Assembly (NCBI RefSeq): GCF_006345805.1
Contig: NC_042998.1
Span: 88,722,001-88,786,000 of the forward strand
Direction of reading: 5' to 3'
DNA length: 64,000 nt
DNA from: Octopus sinensis
Lineage: Eukaryota
Position numbers and translations under genes: made by a program. Below, one piece after another: positions 13,226 through 26,404 of the stretch (its first letter is position 1; each line of letters opens with the position of its first letter). The notes under the pieces are model-generated. The model was not told the DNA's origin, did not search any database, and saw only the letters and a list, made by a program, of their open reading frames with translations.

Positions 13226-15285
13226 TAACTGGTGACAATTATTGTACCTTGCAGCTTATCCAGCATAAGTCTGTAACATCATCTAGTATATGATGTTTGT
13301 TCGACCTTCCATCTGTTGTATAGCTGTATTAGACTTAGATCACTTTTTGGATACATTATAAAATAATAAAACACATACACCAGTAAACAAAACATGTCTG
13401 TGTGAAATTATGATGATATTGAAGATGATGATAATGATGAACTGGGGATAGTAAAAGCAGCAGCAGTGGGTTCAAACTTAAAACCATTACCTAAATACCT
13501 GATGTTTCATCTTAACAAATGTGAAATTTAGGAAAAAAAAAAAATTTCCTCAAATTAATATCAAGTTTTAAGTCAGCTATTACATGGAATGATTACCCAA
13601 AATAGTACAAAAATATATAAATAAGTAAATAAATAAAAAGTCTTTTGTGAAATGGAAGTCAAAATCTGATTTGACAGGTCTCTCTCATCACTTATTGGTT
13701 TCCAATCTGCTCGTATATAATAGCTAATTAATTCAACTTGTCTCATTCCTAATTCCTTATCTAAGCTTGATTTATCAAATTAATCCTTAATTTGAATAAG
13801 CTAAAGCTATTACTGATGAAATCTTTGAACATTGATACATCTAACTGATTTGTTTAATATAGTTGTTCTCTATAAACTTTGAAAGATATCTAAACTAAAA
13901 TCATTTCCAGGTTTTCCTTTTTTTTTTCCAAATCTGTATTTTCTTTTTTTCTTTTTCTTTCTTTCTTTCTTTTTTTTTTCTTTTTTTTTTACACTTTTAT
14001 ACATTCTCTACAGAAAATGTTTTCTTCTTAGGGTTTCTGACTATGGAAATAAAAATTAGAGAAAGATATAGAGCCAGATAAGACAGATAGGATAGATAAG
14101 ATAGTTGCACACAAATTAGTTAATTTTTCCAACAGCTTAATATCTGCATTTTTCAACTAGGTTATCGTTATTTGAATAAAACACTTTTTTAAAAAAACAT
14201 AGCCCTATAAATTGCTATGCCATACACAATCTATATTGAACGAAAGGGTATTTAGAATGCTCTGGAAGCTTGATTGAGACTTGCTATAGTCATTATACTG
14301 GACCTTATATAATTCAATGCACCTTATTGTAATCTATATCTTATATTTACTCAAATAACAGAACTTTGAAGAACTACAGCAATGATACAATGCAAAGTAA
14401 GTTGTAGGTTATGACTCCTAAACTGAAATCTCAGATAAATTCACCACAAAATGTAATCACCTCTCTATGGGACCTTTATCTAGTTGCTTGACCTAACAGA
14501 AATAACAGCCAACTTTTCTCTTGATTCACAAACCAATAAAGGAGCACCTCCTTGATAACTCTTCAATCTTAAGAAAGTCGAGCAAGACTACAGGGGATAA
14601 TGTACAAATACATGACAGAAGGGAAAAAACAGAGAGGGCAGTCATGACTGGAATCCTTTTTATCATAGATCTATCTGCTCAATCAGAGCTGAACAACTAC
14701 AACTGCTGCGATATGAACAACAACAACAGCAATTATTCAATGATTCCTTCTTTTAGAATAAAGGTCACAGTTTTGTACATGCATACATTATCAATTGATT
14801 CACTGCCAATATGTGCTTGCTGTGTATTTTATGGATTACAGAGTGTTAGAATGCAAAGTCAGCTTTATCAGAGAAATTCTGATTTAGGCCCAAGGTCAGC
14901 TATTTTGCAGTGTGGGTGGGGGGTTAATACCCTAGACACCAGTACTTGACCTATACTTCAATCCAAGAAAGATGGCAAGTCAAGAATGCAAAACATGAAA
15001 CTAAGTACTACAATATATTTTCTTCACTACTCTGTTGATTCTGCCATCTATGGCTCTATTAATAATAATAATCCTTTCTATTGTAGGTACAAGGGTGGAA
15101 ATTTTTTTTGAGGATAGAGTGAGTTGATTACATCAATCCCAGTGCTCAACTGGTACTTATTTTATTGACCCTAAAATGATGAAAGTCAAAGTAGACCTTG
15201 CTGGAATTTGAACCCAGTACATAAAGACAGGTGAAATGCTACTTAGCATTTACTCTAGTGTGCTAATGATTCTATCAGTTCTTCA

Positions 15286-15329
<44 letters not shown>

Positions 15330-15354
15330 TAATAATAATAATAATAATAATAAT

Positions 15355-15912
15355 AAATGCCCTGATGCACTACCAGGCAGTGGCTCTCATGGCTGCTGAC
15401 CTTAACTGATTGGAAGTGTTATCAGGTACATTGTTTTGTCTTAGTATAAAAGATGGGCTACAGCAAATATTCTGCTCAATACTACAGATTTACATGTCAG
15501 TTGTTTAACCTTAACCAGTAGAGCATGTCCCTTAGTAGCTGATAATATGTGCATCTCTGATCACGAGCAGAAGTAGTTGGGGAGCATCATAGCCATGTGT
15601 TGAGAGGGATTCTTTGGGGTTTAAATAATTTACCTCTGGAAACATGGGTGTTTCGTTCAACATCCTTAAACAACCCTTATTCAGGGACCTTTCGAGCAGG
15701 ATGGGTTACTCGACCAGAAGAAAATTCTAACTGGGCCCCACCTGCAAGGTCATGTGCTGTTTATCTTGATATGAGATCACCATGTCGCGCACATATGGTT
15801 GTGATGCATGTGTCTAGTGTACTCTTATCAGACGGGTAGTCATGATGGGTATACTGGGCTTCTTATATTTTACCCCATTGTCAATTTGATGGCATGCACT
15901 GCTCTCTCACTC
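15355..15912 (+). mobile_element. About 560-bp element inserted in an (AAT)n microsatellite; possible 3' end of a TAA-targeting non-LTR element (Dong/R4-like)
   Basis: Sharply bounded, more GC-rich block with (AAT)n on both sides (15290-15354 and 15913-15930). Family assignment is an inference from the known TAA-repeat targeting of Dong. Confidence 0.45.
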
Positions 15913-17060
15913 AATAATAATAATAATAATGGTTCTAAATTTTGACACAAGGCCAGCAATTTTGGGCAGGAATGAGTTATATCGTCCCCAGTGTTCATCA
16001 TCATCATCATCCAGTGTTTTAAATCCAGGTTTTGTCCCCTTTTAAGGGTGTTGCTGGATCTACCTCAATGCTATAGCAACTGAGGTAGGCAGGTGCAGCC
16101 CACCCCAACCTTTGGGTTGGCAGGTGCCCATTCTCCTTTGCTATCATGAAGCTTTTTTGGAGCTGGATTTTCTACAGGGAGCTTGCCCTTGCTTTCTCCC
16201 AACCTTGATTCCTAGTCATAAGTGGTCCTGAGACCAAAGCCTCTACCATGATTTTTAAGAAATGTAGTGGAAAACTAGCTCAGGAAAGCAGGGACGCTAC
16301 TCCTTGGGACCCCTTTTGGAGCCCTCCTACCTATGTTCAGCTGGTACCTATTTAATTGACTCTGAAAGGATGGGAGGCAAAGTCGGCCTTGATGGAATTT
16401 GAACTCAGAACATAAAGATGGATGAAATGCTGCTAAGCATTTTGCTTGATGTGCTAATGATTCTTCCATCTAGGTACCTTTATAATGATAATAATAATAA
16501 ACATGATGATGATGATGATTGTTTCTAATTTTGGCACAAGGCCAGCAATTTTAAATGGAGGTGTGGGTAGTTGAAATCATCAACACCAGTACTTGACTTC
16601 GAAAGATGAAAGGCATGGTTGACTTTAGCAAGATTTGATCTCACAGCATAAAGACCTGGAACAAATACCACTAAGCATGTTTTCATGCTGCTTAATCTAT
16701 TTTGTAAATCCACTGCTCTTAATAATTATTCTTTCTAATTTGGACACAAAACTATCAATTTTGAGGTGATGGGTTTAGTCAATGCCGCTGACCCTAGCAC
16801 TTGACTAATATTTTATGGTATTGACTCTTGAGGGGTGAATGTCAAAGCTGACCTTGGAAGGATTTAAAATTAGAATGCAAAGAATCATAATGATAATAAT
16901 AGCAACAACGGTAATAATAACAACTGAGTTAGGTACTGTCTGTCTGAGGTCCTTGTTGTAACTTGACAAACAGTTCAAAGCCCTGGTAGACACAATATCT
17001 TCAACCAACAACTTCACAATATTGTAAATTGTATAATAATAATATTAACAATAATAATAA

Positions 17061-17435
17061 AAACAAGAGCACTCAAAGAGCGCAAACCTCTGCCACGGCA
17101 ATACCAACTCCTCTCAACGATTAGCCAGAGATGATTTTTAAATTGACAATATCTAAAATAAACTCAACTGCTCTCACAAATGAGAATACTAAAAATGAAT
17201 CTGACTGCTCTCAAAAATAAAGTAAAAAACAGGAAAAATAATCCAGAGTCCTTGTTTGGTTCTGAATCAATCCCAAAATCTAATCAGTTCGTGCCAGTCA
17301 TGAGGCCAAACATCTCTGAAAGTTTCATCCAAATCCATCCAGCGGTTCTTGAGACACCTTGTCCATGGACAATCAAACAAACAAACAAACACGACTGAAA
17401 ACAATATGGAGCCTTCACTAAGATGGAAGTAATAA
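17061..17435 (+). mobile_element. HINE / DINE-1-like non-autonomous Helentron
   Basis: Starts aacaagag, has core aagtttcatccaaatccatccagcggttcttgag, an (ACAA)n microsatellite, a short imperfect 3' hairpin and a taataa end. Confidence 0.65.
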
Positions 17436-17953
17436 CAATAATAATGGTGAAGATGATAATAATTTACTCTCTGTCTTCCATACTGGCATGGGTTGGACGA
17501 TTTAACAGAAGCTGGTAAGCCTAGAGACTGCACCAAGTTCCACTGTCTGTTTTGGCATGGCTTTTACAGCTGATTGCCCTTCCTAACATCAATCTCTTTA
17601 CAGAGTGGATTTGATGCTTTTTATGTGGCACCAGTACTAGTGTGGTCACCACTATCCTTTCTACTATAGACATAAGTCCAGCAATTTTAAGGGAAATGGT
17701 TAAGTCAATTACGTCAGTCCCTGTGTTCAGTTGGTACTTATTTTATCAATCCCAAATGAATGACAGACAGAGTTGGCCTCAGCAGTGTTTAAATGCAGAG
17801 TATAAAGATCAGGAAGAAGTACTGCTAATTGTTTTGTTCATTGCACTTATTAAGTGTTGTCACAATGTCAGAAAGATGAAAAAATTGGATATAGTTGATT
17901 CAATTGACTCCAAAATTTGATTGGTACTCTGCTCCCTATCTTATCAGCCTTAT

Positions 17954-19781
17954 AGTGATGAATGTCAATGTCAACCTTGGCTGGATCATTTGATCTCAGA
18001 ATATATCAATGAGTTACAGTTTAACACTACCAAGCATTGTGCATGGTACTCTACATTCCTGCTACACCACTACATTAATAATATTCATAATGGTAATATT
18101 CATCACCACCATTAGAAGCAATTGTGATCACATTAGCTGACGATGACAATTGGTTTCTGTTCTTTCTACTTAGCACCAAAATAGTCGAACCATTTTGAAG
18201 TTGGGTGGGGTCATAAACAAGTGTTTAAAACTATTGTGAGTATAACATATTGGCAAGAAAACAATGGTAACCCTAAATAACCCTAAAATAGCAAAATCAA
18301 TTTTAGCTTTTTACTTTTAATTTTTAGTATGGTATTATTGCTTAGCCCCAGGTTAGTTTTGATTGAACAAACACATTTCAGTTGTGACTATCATTTTGTT
18401 CTTTTACTCTTCCAGGAATAGTATAGTATATCAGTATATCTAAGGCTGCATTATCCTGTCCTTTTTTAAGATAGTAATGTGTGATTTGAGAGAGATTTAG
18501 CTACATTTTTTTAGCAGTTTAGGTGACCATGTAGAGGCTTCTTTGTAATATTGTTTGAGCAATAGTGGAATAAATATAAAGAGCTACTTTGACCTCTGTT
18601 AGCACCAAATTTCTTTTTCATTTAACAAATAGGAAATTGGAAATGTTTAGAAATCATGTGATGTATGGCAGTGAAACATGGGCAGCGAATGTATAGGGTC
18701 TGCTATTGCAGGCGAATAAAGAGTAGCATCTTGATGATTGGATGTGTAAAGTTGTTTTATGGGAAAAGTATAGTACAAGAGACAAAAGAAAATTATAAGG
18801 TTTAAAAGGCAACAACTGACGTTGAGTCAGATGATTCTGTTGACATTGTCACATAATCTAAAATGGATGCTGCATGAAAAGATGCTATCATTAGTTTTAT
18901 GTTGTTTTTACTTACTGGGGCTAGAATCAAGCTCTCCCAGATCAGTAAGATTGATACTATTTACAGTCCTCCTGAACTTTTCTTTCGTCTCTTGTACTAT
19001 ACTTTTCCCATAAAACAACTTTACACATCCAGTCAACAAGATGCTACTCTTTATTCGCCTACAATAGCAGACCCTATACATTCGCTGCCCATGTTTCACT
19101 GCCATACATCACATGATTTCTAAACGTTTCCCATTTCTTATTCATTAAATGAAAAAGAAACTTTGGTGCAAACTGAAGTCAAAGTAGCTCTTTATATTTA
19201 TTCCACTATTGCTCAAACAATATTACAAAGAAGTCTCTACATGGTCACCTAAACTGCTAAAAAATGTAGCTAAATCTCTCTCAAATCACACACTACTATC
19301 TTAAAAAAGGACAGGATAATGCAGCCTTAGATATACTGATATACTATACTATTCCTGGAAGAGTAAAAGAACAAAATGATAGTCACAACTGAAATGTATT
19401 TGTTCAATCAGAACTAACCTGGGGCTAAGCAATAATACCATACTTAAAATTAAAAGTAAAAAGCTAAAATTGATTTTGCTATTTTAGGGTTATTTAGGGT
19501 TACCATTGTTTTCTTGCCAATATGTTTTGCTCACAATATGACCTCACCCAACTTCAAAATGGTGCATCTATTTCAGTGCTAAGTAGAAAGAACAGAAGCC
19601 AATTGTCATCGTCAGCTAATGTGATCACAATTGCTTCTAATGGTGGTGATGAATATTGCCATTATGAACATTATTGATGTAGTGGTGTAGCAGGAATGTA
19701 GAGGACCATGCACAATGCTCGGCAGTGTTAAACTGAGATCAGCCAATGATACAGCCAAGGTTGACATTAACATTCATCACT
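17954..19781. repeat. Long inverted duplication (arms 17954-18792 and 18978-19781, spacer about 185 bp)
   Basis: Arms are reverse complements throughout, for example 18121 attgtgatcacattagctgacgatgacaattgg versus 19600-19631. Scattered substitutions and two ~18-20-bp indels. Confidence 0.95.
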
Positions 19782-19784
19782 GAT

Positions 19785-19950
19785 ATTTTGTCCATCCTTA
19801 CATTCTGAGCTCAAATTCTGCTAAGTTCGATTTTGCCTTTCGTCCTTCAAGGGTCAATAAAATAATTTCCAGTTAGATACTGGGGTCAGTGTAAACCGAC
19901 TCTCGCTTTTCTCATAAATTCTAGGCCTTGTACCTATAGTAGAAAGGATT
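19785..19950 (+). mobile_element. MetaSINE-like SINE (5'-truncated)
   Basis: ttctgagctcaaattctgc...gcctttcgtccttcaagggtcaataaaata...ggccttgtacctatagtagaaaggatt. Confidence 0.7.
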
Positions 19951-21575
19951 TTAGATCTATCCAGTCCCTGCTCTTCTTTAGGGAAAGCACTGAGTTAAAG
20001 ATGGTTGGTGTTTATCAAAGAGTTTATAAAATGATATACTGATTTCAGTATTATTTGGATACGTTGAAATAACAATCTCCTATACTATTAATCTATTAAA
20101 AATAGTAAAATTATTTTCCCCACTTCTGATATTATTGCTTCACTAATTTAATCCAGCCTTTGCCATTTCACACTTTTAAATATATTTTTTCTTTTTAAAT
20201 TCTAAATGCTCTACTATTATTTCATTACAGTTGTAATCTGTTTTATTTCACTGTAGTTTCATATACTACTTCTTTCACTCTAAGTTTTCTTTTTATTCCT
20301 AGTTTTACTATCAAGTTTACATATGCATGTTATAAAAGATATTAGATTCAAATGTGATTTTTTAATCCTAAACCTTACCTTGTGGCTGCAGCTTATCTAG
20401 TGTATAGGTTTACTTGTGTAGCTTGTATTTTCCAGTGAATTATCACTGCATGAGGTTTATGTTTAGACTATGTCAAGCTATCTTTAAAGACCTTTTCCTT
20501 ATTTTTGTTAATTTAGCTACATTTGTTTTTTTTTAATTTTCTCTTTTATTATTGTCGCTGCTGGGTAGTTAAAAAAAAAATACATGTAATATACTAAGAC
20601 ACACAAAGTATTTTTTATTTCTTTTTTTGTCCATGGAGAAAGGATTATTGCTGTTCAATGAGGGATGGTACTCCCACAGACCTTTTGAAACTCTAGCTAC
20701 AATCAAAAGCTTAGCATTGATATATGTATGGATGGATCTATATATGCACACTTGTGTGTGTGTGTCTGCTTCTGTATGTATTTATGTGTATATAAATCTC
20801 TATTTCTATGTGTATGTATATATTTATGTATGAGTCTTTGTATGCATTTATGTATTTGTATGAGTGTATGTATGTATGTATGTGTGATTGACTATATGTG
20901 TCTATGATGTGTATTCATGTATGCAAATGTGTCTTCTTGTATGTGTACACAAGTGTACAGTTGTGATTATTTATGTAGTTTTGTACGTACATACACAAGT
21001 GCATAAGCACACCTATTATTTAACGTGTTAATAGCTTTGAAGCTGCAAATTAAAGAGCTTATTCTAAGCAGGGATAAGGCTAATTCAATAAAGAGTAAGA
21101 ACCATCTAACCACATGCCAACAGAGCAGCAGCCATCCTGGAAATATGTGAATCTCTGTTGATAAATGGAAGGCCTAGAGGGCAGCTCAACTTGGCCTTAC
21201 CTTTATTACTGACCCACCCACCACTTCTCTCTCCCTTCCTCTCTCAATTTATTTCTATTTTGTTTCCTCTCTTTACACACATACATACACATCTCACATT
21301 GCGTATGTGAGTGTGTGTAAATGTGTCTGTATGTGTGTATTACATTTACCTTTTACTTTTTTGTCCTCTTCATTTCTTTTTCTTCCTCTCACTTTTCCTC
21401 TTTATTTTTCTGTTTCCTCTATTTTGTTCCTTTCTTTCTTTCTATTTTTGTTTTGTTCCTTTCTTCTCTTTCTTTTTTTTTTCCTCTTTCATGTCTTTCG
21501 CCCCCCCCCTTCTTTTTCTTTATTTTCAACCTCCTGCTCTGTCTGATTTTTTTTCCTTCTCATTGTCTGTCTCAG

Positions 21576-21631
21576 TGTCAAAAATGAAATACAATAAATC
21601 TAACACCATGCAACAAAACCGTGCAACTCAA
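21576..21631 (+). CDS. Candidate 56-bp exon of the host gene
   Basis: Preceded by a ~230-nt polypyrimidine tract ending ctcag, with donor CAA|gtaaga. Phase-1 reading (V)SKMKYNKSNTMQQNRATQ is compatible with the donor at 10302. Confidence 0.45.
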
Positions 21632-21792
21632 GTAAGAGTGTGATAGTTTTTAATGTTGAATTTGCTTTGACTGCTTACTTGATTTTCAACTTCATTTCAA
21701 CTGCAGTTTTGCATTTACACATTTTGCACATTCTCATGTGGATGTGTGTTTGTATAGGTACATAAATATACTAAAAGTCATGTGCACATGCA

Positions 21793-21828
<36 letters not shown>

Positions 21829-21841
21829 TATATATATATAT

Positions 21842-22135
21842 GCGCCCTTTTCAAGCCTAGCCAGGCTCATGGGTCCGGTTTCTGTGGCGTATGTGTTCCC
21901 CCCCTAGCTGGACGAGACGCCAGTCCATCGCAGCATTACTCAAGAAACAGGAAGAGAGAGTGAGAGAAAGTTGGAGCAAAAGAGTACAACAGGGTCCCCC
22001 CCCCCCGCCAGACCCTCGTGGAGCTTTTAGGTGTTTTCACTCAATAAACACACACAGCACCCAGTCTGGGAATTGAAACCGCAATCCTCCGGCCATGAGT
22101 CCACTGCCCTAACCACTGGGCCATTGCGCCTCCAC
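21842..22135 (-). mobile_element. Young tRNA-derived SINE
   Basis: Minus-strand head ggaggcgcaatggcccagtggttagggcagtggactc...gcggtttcaattcccagac (A and B boxes). Inserted between TG/TA and CA microsatellites. Confidence 0.8.
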
Positions 22136-22138
22136 ACG

Positions 22139-22177
<39 letters not shown>

Positions 22178-23329
22178 GTATATGATAACAATGGTGGTAG
22201 TCTCTCATAGTCTGAGAAAGACAGTCTTGAGATTTCTTGCTAAACAACCTGCACAAATGATTTGTTTATAGTGAACAAATGTATGTGCCACACATTAGTT
22301 CACTCCCTCCATCAACTCAACATTGCCTGAATAGGTGCATGGTGTACCACATGTCAGGTGCTGAAATGATCACTAAGCAGCATGAGATGAAGTTTTTTCC
22401 TCAAGAACACAATGTCCCACCCAATCCTGGAGTTGAAAGCACAATCGTGAGTGCTACATCCAAACCAATAGACTACATACCCTCATGTGTGCGTGTGTGT
22501 GTAAATTGGTATACAGTTTACACACACACGGAGGGAAATTGGCAGAGTCATTAAAATGTTAGGTTAGTAGGTCTTTTGATATTTTTTCTGACTCTATATC
22601 CTGAGATCAATTCTTGCTGAGTTCAAGTTTGTTTTTCAGCCTTTCTTGGAAACTATATTTCTTAGCTAAGGGCAGTAATGCTTTTAACCACATATACACG
22701 TGTTCATGTACACGTGTTGGTGGCTCAGTTGATAAGGGTGTTACGAAGACTCTGAATTCAAATGCCATCTGGTATTATTCACACAACCAAGACAAAAACA
22801 CTTAATGATAATCAGAAATCAAACCAGTTGAAACATTGTGTAGATGTAAAATATAGTTGAATGGTTTGAATGTAGTGATGGAGGAAGTGAATCAAGGCAA
22901 AATCTAATCAGGTTAAGTGCTATACAAGTAGATGAAACCAAATACAAACAAAACAATGTTCTCTGCAAATGAGAAGTTTTTTAGAACACTGTTAGGGGAA
23001 AACAGTGCTGGTGTTGCACTGAATGCTGAAAAATCTATACAATTTTGGTCAAATTTATGAGTGGTATGTGTGTATGCAAAAGAGCATAACAAAGATGCGA
23101 GATGGATAAATGAAGTTAGGGATAAGTTAAACAAATGCCAATGCAGAGATGGGGAAGAATTTTAGTGGAATATGTTCAAGAACAAGTTAGAAAAACACCA
23201 AACTGAAAATCTCATGGACAGGATTTAAGTGTTTATTCATACTAGGGAAGCACCTAAATGATTGTGTTATACAAGTGGTAGTTACAAGCTGGATGGTTGA
23301 AGGGATGGCAACTTTGATAATGATGGATA

Positions 23330-24040
23330 AAATAGAAAGTTGGAAACTACAGGCCAATTGCATGCTTGAATTAGCTTTGGGAGCTCTTGACAGACTTCTT
23401 TGCTACAAAAGTGTATGATCATTTCAGAATGAGATGCTACCTCTTGAGTAGACGGGATGTAGAAGGAATTTGTAGGTAACCAATAACCATCTTGTTATTG
23501 AGAAACTGATCATAAATGATTGCAAAAGACATCTAAAGAATTTGTATGTGGACTGGATAGACTTCAAGAAAGCCTTTGACATGGTTCCATATTTGTGGCA
23601 ATTGAAATGTTTGAGAACATCTGGAATAGCTAATTTTGTTATTAAAGTAATGGAGTCCAGCATGCCTTTGTGTAAGACAAATCTTGATGCCTTATGTGGG
23701 GGTCAATATAAGAAGAGGAATATTTCAAGGAGATTCATTCTTGCCATTACCTTTGTGATTGCTATGATTCTGTCATCAATGATCTTAGAAGAGTCAGATA
23801 TTGATTATTAGACTGAGAACTGGGGACCTTAGATCAATCATCTACTTTTCATGGATGATCTGAAGCTCTTTGGCAAGAATGAATCAAAGGTTGGTTCACA
23901 GGTCAGAACTATTCAGTAGAGCTGTAAAGACATTGGAATGGAGTTTAGATGTGCAAAATGTTCCATCCTGGGATGAAGAGAGAAAGGGGTGTATGAAGTA
24001 GTGGGATTGAGTCACCTGATGGTATTTGTATGTGTGATTA
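23330..24040 (+). mobile_element. R4/Dong-like non-LTR reverse transcriptase relic
   Basis: Reads NYRPIACLN, WIDFKKAFDMVP, RRGIFQGDS, INHLLFMDDLKLFGKN and DIGMEF with stops and frameshifts. Confidence 0.8.
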
Positions 24041-24748
24041 TGGGCATTAGAATATTTTTGATTAGTTGACAGAAATTACAAGGAATTATAAACCGAATGT
24101 TTTTTGGCATTTAATTCAGCATCCTGTAACCTGTAGTTTTGTCCATTCTTTATATCATTTTAAAATTTACATTTGGGTTGGCTTAAATTTTCATCTCCCT
24201 TGTTTCAATAAAACAAGTAGTAGTAATATACTAGTGTTGATTCAATTAACTCTTTTTAATGTCTTATTAAGACAAAAAAAACAAGAAAAAGCAAATAACA
24301 AAAATACACAAACAATTGCACTCTTGCTTTGTCCAGAAGAAATTAGAATTATAGTTCATGCATGAATTCGTTTTTCAATTTTAGATTGGTCAGATCTTTG
24401 TTTTGTTATTCACCTCAATTATACGGCTGTCTGGAATAGTTACTGCTCTAAAGTACAATTGTCCAATGAAGTTAGTGTTTTAATTAATACAAAATAAATC
24501 GACAAAAACTGCTTTATGTACTCTAGTTTAGTGTCACATTCTAAGTTCAAATCCTGCTCTTATTTCTTGTGTCTATTATCCATCCATGAATGATGTAGAT
24601 AAATACTAATAATTTATTGGGAAACTATCAGTTAATTATTATCTTTATGTTTTCCAAAGATAACTCTATTTCAAGTCACAATGTTGGATAATAGATACTA
24701 TAAGTTCCTTGCAAATCTCACAGTCTGGTCTCACCGCTTAGTCTTGGC

Positions 24749-25003
24749 CAGTGATTTTCATTCAGGATCCACACAGCTCTTGGGGGTCCACACAAGATTT
24801 TACTGTTAAAATCTATATGCAATAAATTGTTATACTTCTACAATACACAAGATATTTTAACATTTTTTTAAATACAATTCCTAATAATATTAAATTTTAA
24901 AAATATAATGGGACTGTTTTAAATATCAAATGTTTATTAGGGTCCAGTAGAGTAAAATAGGAATCAAAAGAGTCTATAGACAAAAAATGGATGAGAACCA
25001 CTG
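24749..25003. mobile_element. hAT (Charlie-like) MITE
   Basis: TIRs cagtgattttca and tgagaaccactg. Degenerate 8-bp TSD gtcttggc / gtccaggt. Confidence 0.65.
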
Positions 25004-26321
25004 GTCCAGGTAGTTTTTCTTATGTTACTTGAACCCGTCTTTGAAGGCAGTAAGTTGGAATAAGCACTTACTTGGATTATGAGGAACCATGCTGTCATGG
25101 AAAGTAGGCATAAAGTATAATGATCTCAATGTCACTACTGGCAACCTTCTGTAATTCTAAATATCTACATTTCAAAAATCATTATTGAATGATACAGTTT
25201 CAGTGTTTCTGCTAATTTATGATCAAGGGTAGTTGTTGACTGAGCTGATGAGTGTTGAACTGTCTTCAAAGAGTTATTATAGGTCATATCCTATCACTGG
25301 TTTGTGCTGTGTTTATGTTTTAAGTACTGGGAAGGAGAACAGGCAATAATTTGCTCACAGCTGTTGGCCCACCAACAGGAAATTGAAACACCCAATTAAC
25401 ATTGAACATTGTCTAATGACAATCAACTCCTCTTAGTCAAGGACACAGTCATCAAAGGTGATCAAAGAAGAAGCATTTTCTTTTAGTTGCAATCATTCTT
25501 GTAATTCATTAACATGTCATTAATTGCAGTACCAAACTCTTATGGGCTGGGATCATTACTATAGCATTCATATAGTATCTCCATTTCAGACAGTTGCTTG
25601 GAAACAAATGAAGGTTGGTGACAGAAAGGGCAAATGGCTGTCAAAAATCTGCCTCAGCAAATTTGATCTCATCCATGCAAGCATGGAAAGATAAATGATG
25701 ATGATGATATCATCACCTCATCAAAGTAGATAAAATATAATCAATGAACAGCTGTCTCCTAAGGCTGTTAGTTAAGAGAATATTACTGGTTAATTGTAAA
25801 GTTGGGATGGAAGATCATATCCATGATCTTTCTCATCACTTCTATGTCTGCTGGGAGGAAGGGAGGATGTTATCTTCAGACTAGAAATCTGACTTGAATA
25901 TAGGAAACAGAGTGAACACTGTTAAAGGTACCGTCTATCCAGGTGTTAAATCAGTTAATAGATTAAGTTTTCCACCCATAAACAGTCCCTTTGGTAGGGT
26001 TCCACATTATTTCTGCTTCTGGAATTCTACTCATAAGTTTTTAGTTGACTTGAAGTTATGGTAGAAGAAGTTATTTATCTGGATGCTGTGCATAAGATCA
26101 AGACTGATATTATGCAGCATATTATTTAGATGTTATATCAGCATCCAAACAATAGGCTAGGCTAGAATTGATATGTGCCTTAAAGAATTTAGTTCTGTCT
26201 CCATGTTTTGAATTCACATCCCATCAGTTGCGGTTTTTCCTTTTATCTTTTCAGGAAAATAAATAAGTACCAGTAATGTTTTGCCGGTGGGTTGAGGGGC
26301 AGTTTGACAGTACTAAACCGC

Positions 26322-26322
26322 C

Positions 26323-26355
<33 letters not shown>

Positions 26356-26404
26356 GTATATGTATATATATGTATATGTATATATATGTATATGTATATA
26401 TATA
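26322..26404. repeat. (TA)/(TATG) compound microsatellite
   Basis: Direct reading of the sequence. Confidence 0.95.

Larger units (their letters stand above)
15070..18070 (-). mobile_element. Cluster of co-oriented MetaSINE-like SINE copies (about 15070-15290, 15930-15995, 16330-16470, 16520-16715, 16735-16880, 17660-17850, 17880-18070)
   Basis: Repeated variants of aattttggcacaaggccagcaattt...ctggtacttattttat...gaaaggcaaagtcgacct...gaatttgaactcagaac, separated by (AAT)n tracts. Confidence 0.7.

Noticed and set aside
14362-14396. 35-bp exon candidate (TLKNYSNDTMQ, donor gtaagt) that is phase-compatible with the 10306 donor and the 21576 acceptor
   Set aside because: The acceptor lacks a pyrimidine tract (tcaaataacag), so it cannot be distinguished from chance.
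21307-21575. F/L/S-rich membrane-protein-like ORFs
   Set aside because: They translate a polypyrimidine tract.
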